64,000 nt of DNA, taken from Lentisphaerae bacterium GWF2_38_69 (GTDB lineage: Bacteria > Verrucomicrobiota > Lentisphaeria > Victivallales > GWF2-38-69). Numbering within the stretch: position 1 is the first letter of the stretch; the number at the start of each line of letters is the position of its first letter. The notes beneath the pieces are model-generated. The model did not search any database. It saw nothing but the letters and a program-made list of their open reading frames with translations, and was not told the origin of the DNA. Made by a program: the position numbers and the translations under genes. Where the stretch lies: assembly GCA_001803205.1 (NCBI GenBank), contig MHBE01000032.1, forward strand, positions 25,441 to 89,440, read 5' to 3'. Positions 9,466 to 16,330 of this stretch are shown here, in pieces.

Positions 9466-11207
9466 CTATTTCCGGAAAAAGCCGTCTTTACATCTACAAT
9501 GTTTAATTGCTGATTCATCATACCATTATAGAAATTGAGCTGAGGCGTAGCAAGGACATCCCATGGTTCCGGAGGAAGATTTTTTTCATTGAAATTAAAT
9601 GCAATGAACTTCATAGAATTGTCATATCTGTCTTTAATATAGCCTTTAGAATGTCCTTGTCCTACTGTTCTTATATGAGGTACTGTTAATCCGTTAAGTC
9701 TAAAAATAGGAGGAGGATTGCCAAACCCGAAAGGTTCAAATTTTTCAAGTTCTTCGAAGAATACTTCATTAAGTTCGCATATAAAAGCTTCGCCGTCATA
9801 CTCAATTTGAGGTATAAGGTCTTCTGAAGTCAATGCTAAGCTAACAGCTTTCTCAAACCTTGCTTTGAGTTCCTCTACATCTTTAGGAAGCAGAGAAAGC
9901 CCCACTGCCATTGGATGACCGCCGTATCGTGTAAGAATATCAGAACAACCCGAAAGAACTTTAACCAGATTTAGATTGGCGCAGGATCTTCCTGACCCAT
10001 AAGCCTGATCGCCCATAACTGTCAAAACAATTGTCGGCCTGTTATAATCTCTTGCAATTCTCGAGGCAACATTGCCGATGACTCCCTGATGCCAATTATT
10101 CCCGTAAATGAGAATAGAAGAAGCTTCTTTCATTTTTATTGTCTGATATATCTGCGATTCAGCTTCTTTGAATATTTCATTTTCTTTAGCTCTTCTCTGA
10201 GTATTAAACTCTTTAAGCTGCTGAACCAGGCGCATAGCGTCCACTATGCTGTGAGTATTGAGAATATTATATGCTACGCCTGGATCCCCAAGCCTTCCTG
10301 CGGCATTGATATAAGGAGCAAGTTTAAAAGCAATATCGTATGATTTAAGGTCTCCTGAAACTCCGGTAATATCGCACAAGGCTCTGATTCCTGGACGGAT
10401 CTGTTTTGATAGAGCTTTGAGCCCGTTCTTTGTAAGAATTCTATTTTCTCCCAGGATTGGGACAATATCTGCAACCGTCCCAAGAGCGACAAGGTCTAGA
10501 ACTTCTTTCAAATCGATTTTTTTAAATGATAGTTGATTATCAAAACTATATTTAATAAAAGCATGGGCTAGCTTAAAAGCAGTTCCTACGCCGGCAAGGC
10601 AATGAAACTTTTTAAGTTCAGGGTGTAGCTTTGAATTTATAATTGTGTGCGCGGAAGGAAGTTTAGCTGCTTGCTCGTGATGATCTGTAATAATGACATC
10701 AATCCCGAGTTCATTTGCTCTGTCTACAGCTTCCACGCTTGTAATGCCGCAGTCGACCGTTATAAGCAAATTGCATTTATAAACTTTCAGGGCATTATCA
10801 AGAGAATCAGGCGTGAAACCATATCCTGTATCAAGCCTGGCAGGCACAAAAACTGATACATTTGCCCCGCTTTCTGAAAGCACCCATGATAGAAGAGCTG
10901 AAGATGTCAGTCCGTCTACATCAAAGTCGCCATGAATAAGAATGTGTTCATCTCTCTTTATCGCATCCCAAAGCCTTTTTGAGGCCTGTTCAGTTCCAGG
11001 GAGCTCATAAGGTGAACCCAAATCACTTAATGAAGCATTAAAAAACGCTTCTACATTGTCTGCTTGAATATCTCTGCAAGCTAAAGCTAAAGCAATAGGC
11101 CTCGTAAAATTGTATCGCTGTATAAGTTTATTTACTTCGCTTGTCGAGAAATTCTTACTAATCCATCGATTCCCCGTCATTAATTTACCTTTTTTGTTAA
11201 AATTCAA
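9462..11207 (-). CDS. recJ: single-stranded-DNA-specific exonuclease RecJ
   Basis: Has the DHH family motifs HGDFDVDGLTS, TVDCG and ITDHH, and the DHHA1 motif YGGHPMAVG. Confidence 0.9.
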   Translation of the reverse strand: MNFNKKGKLMTGNRWISKNFSTSEVNKLIQRYNFTRPIALALACRDIQADNVEAFFNASLSDLGSPYELPGTEQASKRLWDAIKRDEHILIHGDFDVDGLTSSALLSWVLSESGANVSVFVPARLDTGYGFTPDSLDNALKVYKCNLLITVDCGITSVEAVDRANELGIDVIITDHHEQAAKLPSAHTIINSKLHPELKKFHCLAGVGTAFKLAHAFIKYSFDNQLSFKKIDLKEVLDLVALGTVADIVPILGENRILTKNGLKALSKQIRPGIRALCDITGVSGDLKSYDIAFKLAPYINAAGRLGDPGVAYNILNTHSIVDAMRLVQQLKEFNTQRRAKENEIFKEAESQIYQTIKMKEASSILIYGNNWHQGVIGNVASRIARDYNRPTIVLTVMGDQAYGSGRSCANLNLVKVLSGCSDILTRYGGHPMAVGLSLLPKDVEELKARFEKAVSLALTSEDLIPQIEYDGEAFICELNEVFFEELEKFEPFGFGNPPPIFRLNGLTVPHIRTVGQGHSKGYIKDRYDNSMKFIAFNFNEKNLPPEPWDVLATPQLNFYNGMMNQQLNIVDVKTAFSGNS

Positions 11208-11285
11208 TGAAACTTACAATAGTATCATTTACTAAAAAAACTTGATTTTAACAAAAATTAAACTAATTTTAATCTTCTTCTTTTG

Positions 11286-11372
11286 GCCGATGTGGCGAAA
11301 TTGGCAGACGCGCTACATTCAGGGTGTAGTGCCAGTAATGGCGTGTGGGTTCGAATCCCACCATCGGCACCA
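11286..11372 (+). tRNA. tRNA-Leu (anticodon CAG), class II with long variable arm, CCA encoded
   Basis: Folded by hand. Acceptor GCCGATG/CATCGGC; D arm GCG..CGC; anticodon stem CTACA/TGTAG with loop TTCAGGG (anticodon CAG). It has a long variable arm, a T arm GTGGG-TTCGAAT-CCCAC, discriminator A and CCA. Confidence 0.9.
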
Positions 11373-11429
11373 TTTAATTATGATTGCATTTCTATTGCAA
11401 TTGCAGAAAGAGAAAAACAGTTTGAACCC

Positions 11430-11804
11430 TCAGGACTTCTCTTTATTTTTAACGAAATATGTATCAACATAAGTATTTTCAATTATACCTACAGTAGAAG
11501 GTTCGTCAGAATAAAGGAACTGAGTATTGCCTAGCTTGAAGATATCGCCATTTTTAAGTTCTACATATGGAAGAACTTTCCCTCCGAGCAAAATCCCGTT
11601 CGTGCTGTCTAAATCTATTGCCATATAGGATCCGGCTCCTGTCAACACAAATTTACAGTGAACGGAACTTACTGAAATATCATCAATTTGAATATCATTA
11701 TTAAGTGCCCTCCCGCAAAAGTGGACATTTTTGGTCAGTTGAAAAGTTTTTCCCTTTTCATGATCTGAGATAATGACAAGTACTGGAGGTTTCTTATCGT
11801 TCAT
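11430..11804 (-). CDS. FHA domain protein
   Basis: A 124-aa protein with an FHA pattern: CGRALNNDIQIDDISVSSVHCKF ... STNGILLGGK ... LKNGDIFKLG. Confidence 0.8.
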   Translation of the reverse strand: MNDKKPPVLVIISDHEKGKTFQLTKNVHFCGRALNNDIQIDDISVSSVHCKFVLTGAGSYMAIDLDSTNGILLGGKVLPYVELKNGDIFKLGNTQFLYSDEPSTVGIIENTYVDTYFVKNKEKS

Positions 11805-11842
11805 AAAATGAAATTATAAAGTTGGGAACTTAGCCTACATTT

Positions 11843-12784
11843 TTAATTTGAAAAGACATCATTGGAAAAAGATAAATTCCCTTTTTTAATAGCATTGCTG
11901 TAATCTGAAGCTTTAAACCCATTGTTATCTGTGATTGATTGATCGGCATTTCGGCTTATAAGCTCTGTAACAACATCAGGCTTTGAAGCCATTGAAGCAT
12001 AAATAAGGGCAGTTTTTCCAAAATTATCCTTGGCATTGATATCAGCTCCAGAGCTAAGAAGCGGTTGTACGGTCTCAGGCCCAGCCGCTGCAGCATACAT
12101 AAGGGCGGTCCTTCCTGAATTATCTTTGGCATTTACATCAGCACCTTTAAAAATGAGAAAACTTATGACTTCAGGGTTGGCATTATACCTTGTAGCATAG
12201 TCCAGCACAGTCATTCCTTCGTTATCTCTTGCATTTATTTTTGCTCCGTCACTGATTAGTGTTTTCAGAAGAGAAGTATCTTCAGCATTACAAACAGCGT
12301 ACATAAGGACGCTTTTCCCTGAATTATCTTGGGCATTTACATCAGCTTTTCTATCAATAAGCAAATTAGGAATATCAGGCTGTACTAAATTCATTGTCGA
12401 GAACATCAGAGCTGTCTGTCCAAGAGTTGTCTTTTTGTTAACATCAGCACCTTTAGAAATGAGGAAAGTTATTATTTCAGTGTTTGACGATGCCATAGCT
12501 GCATCCATCAGAGGAGTCATTCCATCTTCATCTTTGGAATTAACATCTGCTCCGTGTTGTATAAGAGTTCCAAGAATTTTCACATTGTTGGATGAGATAG
12601 CAGAATTAGCAAGAGCTTCATCAAGGCTTGCGGTATCTGGTTTATCTTCTGAGATAATTTTATCTACGCTTTCAAAAGAAGCTTTCATCCAGAATTCAGG
12701 ACTTAAACTATCCAAAGAAGACGAAAAGGTTGTCTGCAAAGGAACAATGAATAATAATAAAATTATGTAAACACTAATTTTCAT
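11843..12784 (-). CDS. secreted ankyrin-repeat protein
   Basis: Has an N-terminal signal-like segment MKISVYIILLLFIVPLQTTFS followed by about 7 ankyrin repeats (recurrent G.T.LM.A......(V/I)...LI..GADVNAKD). Confidence 0.9.
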   Translation of the reverse strand: MKISVYIILLLFIVPLQTTFSSSLDSLSPEFWMKASFESVDKIISEDKPDTASLDEALANSAISSNNVKILGTLIQHGADVNSKDEDGMTPLMDAAMASSNTEIITFLISKGADVNKKTTLGQTALMFSTMNLVQPDIPNLLIDRKADVNAQDNSGKSVLMYAVCNAEDTSLLKTLISDGAKINARDNEGMTVLDYATRYNANPEVISFLIFKGADVNAKDNSGRTALMYAAAAGPETVQPLLSSGADINAKDNFGKTALIYASMASKPDVVTELISRNADQSITDNNGFKASDYSNAIKKGNLSFSNDVFSN

Positions 12785-12845
12785 TTATTTTTTAATTAAC
12801 AACTTAAGAACTATTTTTATCAGACAAACTGAAACTAAGTTTTAA

Positions 12846-13949
12846 TTAAAGCTTCCCAACCCTTTTCAGAAATCCAAGAACATCTCCGGCATTGTTGCCA
12901 TTTTCTTCAACCATTCGTCTTGCTTCATTCATTTTATCCAGTTTGTGATTTTGCAGGACTACATGCTGCTCTAATGACTTTTTAATTCTATTTCTAGTGT
13001 ACAGATCAGAAACCTTTTTAAAATCTTCAACAAGCTCTCTTGGCTTTCTGGAATAAAGTAGTGATACTGTAATCAGCGGAGTTGCTATATCCGGATTATG
13101 AACTAGTCCGTACATAGGTGTGACATTATCTGCTGAAAAATAGTCAAGTATATCGTAAAACTTGTTAATTCTCTCACTTGTAGGCATTTCAATCAGGAAC
13201 ATTGCTTCAATAGGTCTTTCCGGAGGAAGGAGAAGAACATTAAAATTGGCTCTTAACTGATCCTCAAATGACACATCAGGATTCCAAGGGAAATGGGTAA
13301 AGTGATTAAAATACGGCTTTGCGCGATATTGATCAAAATCTTCAAAATCAATGTGCCCGTCAAGCAACTTGTACATCTCTCCTTTTACAGGGACTGCAAG
13401 GAATGTATTAAGCGAATCAGCAATCATTTTATTATACTCATGTTCCGGAATCCTGGCTTCAAATTTAAGCTTGTTTGAAAAAAGCACTATGTTGCCGGTG
13501 TTGCCGCTGTCAATTGCCGCGGATACAGGGCCTCCAAGAAATTCTATTGTATTTTCAACATATTCGTAGGATTCACGGTTCATATAGGGAAGAACCAGGC
13601 AGAACATTGTTCTGTCTTCCTGCTTGAGGCTTTCTTCAAGTTTTGAAAGATGATAAAGAAGTTCTGATGTTATGCCATTGCCTGTTCCTCCACCGGTAGA
13701 TGTAAAAAGAGTATTTCCTTTAATGAGCTGCTTTAGCTTTTCTCCAACCGAAATAAAGGACTCTTTTCCTGTTTTAGGATTTTTCCCAGACCCCCTTAAT
13801 TGACCTCTTGCAGAATGAGTTACAGCAAGAATCTTCTGTTTTGCCTCAACTTTCGCAAGTTCAAGTTCGGATACATTTACAGCTACACATTCCGCATCAG
13901 ATGAAATTGAAGCCAATTTACTTCCGGCTCCACCTATACCTATATTCAT
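12846..13949 (-). CDS. tubulin/FtsZ-superfamily GTPase (TubZ-like)
   Basis: Residues 4-11 read GIGGAGSK (T1-type G box). Residues 86-92 read GGGTGNG (tubulin signature GGGTG[ST]G-like). Residues 197-205 read DGHIDFEDF, resembling the FtsZ T7 NxDFxD segment at the expected ~110-aa spacing. It is 367 aa. Its start overlaps the stop of the upstream 109-aa gene (ATGA). Confidence 0.7.
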   Translation of the reverse strand: MNIGIGGAGSKLASISSDAECVAVNVSELELAKVEAKQKILAVTHSARGQLRGSGKNPKTGKESFISVGEKLKQLIKGNTLFTSTGGGTGNGITSELLYHLSKLEESLKQEDRTMFCLVLPYMNRESYEYVENTIEFLGGPVSAAIDSGNTGNIVLFSNKLKFEARIPEHEYNKMIADSLNTFLAVPVKGEMYKLLDGHIDFEDFDQYRAKPYFNHFTHFPWNPDVSFEDQLRANFNVLLLPPERPIEAMFLIEMPTSERINKFYDILDYFSADNVTPMYGLVHNPDIATPLITVSLLYSRKPRELVEDFKKVSDLYTRNRIKKSLEQHVVLQNHKLDKMNEARRMVEENGNNAGDVLGFLKRVGKL

Positions 13950-14275
13950 TTTGAGCCCTCCAGAAACAAGGATTTTTTAGGTTTATATTTTGTATTAGAT
14001 AACAGATATTCAAGAGCCTTAGCCCCGTGTTTGCTTATATACAGGTTTTTCCTGTTTCCATCTCCAGAAATGCCGACAAAGCACAGTGTATGCAGAGAGT
14101 CAACAAAACTCACAGCACTCTGTTTGGTTCTCGTAGCTCCAATGTATTTAAGATCATCAAATATATTGGTTATATTGTATTTTATTTCCTTTTCTTCAGC
14201 TTTAGCCGTCCAATAGAGAATTAGGAAATGCGGTTCTTTCAGCATTAAACATTGTTCTTCAAATAAGTCTGTCAT
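13946..14275 (-). CDS. small winged-helix-like putative DNA-binding protein (TubR-like by position)
   Basis: A 109-aa protein. The segment RTKQSAVSFVDSLHTLCFVGISGDGNRKNLYISKHGAKALEYL reads as helix, recognition helix, beta-wing and helix. It is translationally coupled to the tubulin-like gene. Confidence 0.45.
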   Translation of the reverse strand: MTDLFEEQCLMLKEPHFLILYWTAKAEEKEIKYNITNIFDDLKYIGATRTKQSAVSFVDSLHTLCFVGISGDGNRKNLYISKHGAKALEYLLSNTKYKPKKSLFLEGSK

Positions 14276-14373
14276 CTCAATATTCTTTTTAGAATATGTT
14301 ATTAATTATCTCCTCACTATTTAAGAATAATAAAAATTTATTTTTTGTCAATAGAGTTTATTAAAATTAACTT

Positions 14374-14482
14374 TAGTATAGTGTAGTAGTGTTTATTATA
14401 CTATACTTCTGTTAGATATGTATGATTTTATTGGTATAAATACGAATATTATGTGCGTATTTTATATGTAGTGTAGTATAGT
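14374..14482. repeat. iteron-like repeat blocks upstream of the TubR/TubZ-like operon (candidate centromere/operator)
   Basis: AGTATAG occurs at 14375-14381 and 14475-14481, with its inverted copy CTATACT at 14401-14407. GTGTAGTA occurs at 14381-14388 and 14471-14478. The two composite blocks, TAGTATAGTGTAGTAGTG and TGTAGTGTAGTATAGT, lie about 90 bp apart. Confidence 0.35.
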
Positions 14483-14589
14483 TTGCTATTATTCCAATAA
14501 TATAAAATAATGGATTAAATCCTCTATTGATATGAGAAAGAAACAAACTAAAATTATTATAATCAATTCAATTTTGGAGATTTTATAGC

Positions 14590-15834
14590 ATGGAAAGAAA
14601 GTTTGATTTAAATAAAATTGACTCACTCCTTGAAGAAGCTATTGAAGATTTTGCTTTTCCTGGAGGTGTTTACGCTGTTGGCTCATCAAATGAGATATAT
14701 GCGCTAAAACCTTTTGGATTCCATACATATAGAAAAGCTAGAATTGTCAAAGAAGATGATTTATTTGATTTAGCATCACTGACTAAAGTCTGCGCTACAG
14801 TCCCAGGAGTAATGAGACTATATGAGGATAAGTTGTTAGATCTTGAAGATCTAGTTGTTAAATATCTTCCTCAGATATTAGGAAATAATTCTTATCAGAA
14901 TAAGCTGAAATCAAAAATTACAGTCAGGCAGCTTCTGAATCATACATCTGGATTTCCTCCTGATAATGACATATACAAACTCAGACATATATCCATTAAA
15001 CAAAAATGGGAAGCTTTATATCGAACACCTTTAGCCTATTTCCCTGGGGCAAAAGTCATTTATTCAGATGTAAACATGCTTCTTCTCCAAAAAATCATTG
15101 AAGAAATTGCAAATAAAGAGTTTGATGTATTTATCATTGAAGAAATTTTTTCGAGAATAGGAATGGATTCAGCAATTTTTAATCCATCCGAACAGTTAAA
15201 AAAGAGAATAATACCAACAGAATATTCAATATGTGACGACTCCCTCTTACAAGGAACGGTTCATGATGAGAATGCTCGAGCTCTAGGAGGAACTACAGGA
15301 CACGCTGGACTTTTTGCGACAGCTCAAGACCTTATAAAATATGCTCAAATGTATCTCAATCATGGCAAAGTAAAAGATATATCCATTTTTAAAAATCAAA
15401 CAATAAAAACATTTGTATCTCGAGATACTTCGATACCTCCTGGGACAAACAGAGCTCTTGGATGGAACACAGCATATGATCCATCGTATTTAATTCCCAA
15501 AAAATTCAGAGACGAAAAATATCTCATTTGGAATAACAGTGAATTATATGAAGAATACAATCAGCCTTCTGCAGGTATTTTTATTGACCCTGATGCTATT
15601 GGACATACAGGTTTTACAGGTACAAGCATCTGGATAAGCTTCAAATACAATATATTTGTCATTTTTCTTACAAACAGAGTTTTCTTTTCAAGAAGTTACA
15701 CGCATATAGATCTTTTTAATTATTATAGACAGAAAATAAGCTCCCTTATCTGGAGCACGATCGGATTTACAGAAAGAAATGAAATTAAAGAATTAATCAA
15801 ACCTAGGCTTTATCATAAGGCAGATTTCAGATAA
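14590..15834 (+). CDS. serine hydrolase, beta-lactamase (class C / PBP4-like esterase) family
   Basis: Has the SxxK motif ASLTK, the YxN motif YSDVN and the late box HTGFTG. It is 414 aa with no obvious signal peptide. Confidence 0.8.
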   Translation: MERKFDLNKIDSLLEEAIEDFAFPGGVYAVGSSNEIYALKPFGFHTYRKARIVKEDDLFDLASLTKVCATVPGVMRLYEDKLLDLEDLVVKYLPQILGNNSYQNKLKSKITVRQLLNHTSGFPPDNDIYKLRHISIKQKWEALYRTPLAYFPGAKVIYSDVNMLLLQKIIEEIANKEFDVFIIEEIFSRIGMDSAIFNPSEQLKKRIIPTEYSICDDSLLQGTVHDENARALGGTTGHAGLFATAQDLIKYAQMYLNHGKVKDISIFKNQTIKTFVSRDTSIPPGTNRALGWNTAYDPSYLIPKKFRDEKYLIWNNSELYEEYNQPSAGIFIDPDAIGHTGFTGTSIWISFKYNIFVIFLTNRVFFSRSYTHIDLFNYYRQKISSLIWSTIGFTERNEIKELIKPRLYHKADFR

Positions 15835-15853
15835 ACATCATAAGAGCAGTCAT

Positions 15854-16291
15854 ATGACAGAAAAAAAATACTTGGACAGAAATTGTCCTTATTGCAATTT
15901 AATATCAGGGAAATTAAACAATATTCATGTTCTTTATAAGGACACGATTGTGACGGCATTTATGAATCATATGCCTGTAAATCCCGGGCATGCAATAGTT
16001 ATTCCGAATGTTCACTATAGCAACCCTTCCTCACTTCCTGAAAATATTGCTGGAAAAATGTATTTTATAGCAACAAGAATAGGAGTCGCCTGTAAAAGAG
16101 CTATGGACTCTACTGGTTACAATATTATAAGTTCAGACGGGTTCTGCGCAGGACAGGACATTCAGCATGCTCATCTGCATATTATTCCCCGCTATCTAAA
16201 TGATAACTGGCATTTGAATTGGAGAGCTTTACCCTCTGATTTCGATATTACTAATACATATAAAATAATTCTAGCTAAACTCTTAATCTGA
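15854..16291 (+). CDS. HIT family hydrolase
   Basis: Has the histidine-triad motif HAHLHIIPR and an N-terminal CxxC (CPYC). Confidence 0.85.
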   Translation: MTEKKYLDRNCPYCNLISGKLNNIHVLYKDTIVTAFMNHMPVNPGHAIVIPNVHYSNPSSLPENIAGKMYFIATRIGVACKRAMDSTGYNIISSDGFCAGQDIQHAHLHIIPRYLNDNWHLNWRALPSDFDITNTYKIILAKLLI

Positions 16292-16330
16292 TAATCCCAT
16301 CCAAATCAGATTAAAAAATGCTTTTAATTT

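Noticed and set aside
11373-11429. Palindrome TGCAATTGCA and a short ATTGCA/TGCAAT hairpin after tRNA-Leu, as a possible terminator.
   Set aside because: The stem is only 6 bp, AT-rich, and lacks a following U-tract. It is too weak to call.
11242-11534. Two ORF-track entries (11242-11472 and 11283-11534) overlapping the tRNA-Leu gene.
   Set aside because: The region folds into a canonical class II tRNA with CCA. The ORFs simply read through it and into the antisense of the FHA gene.
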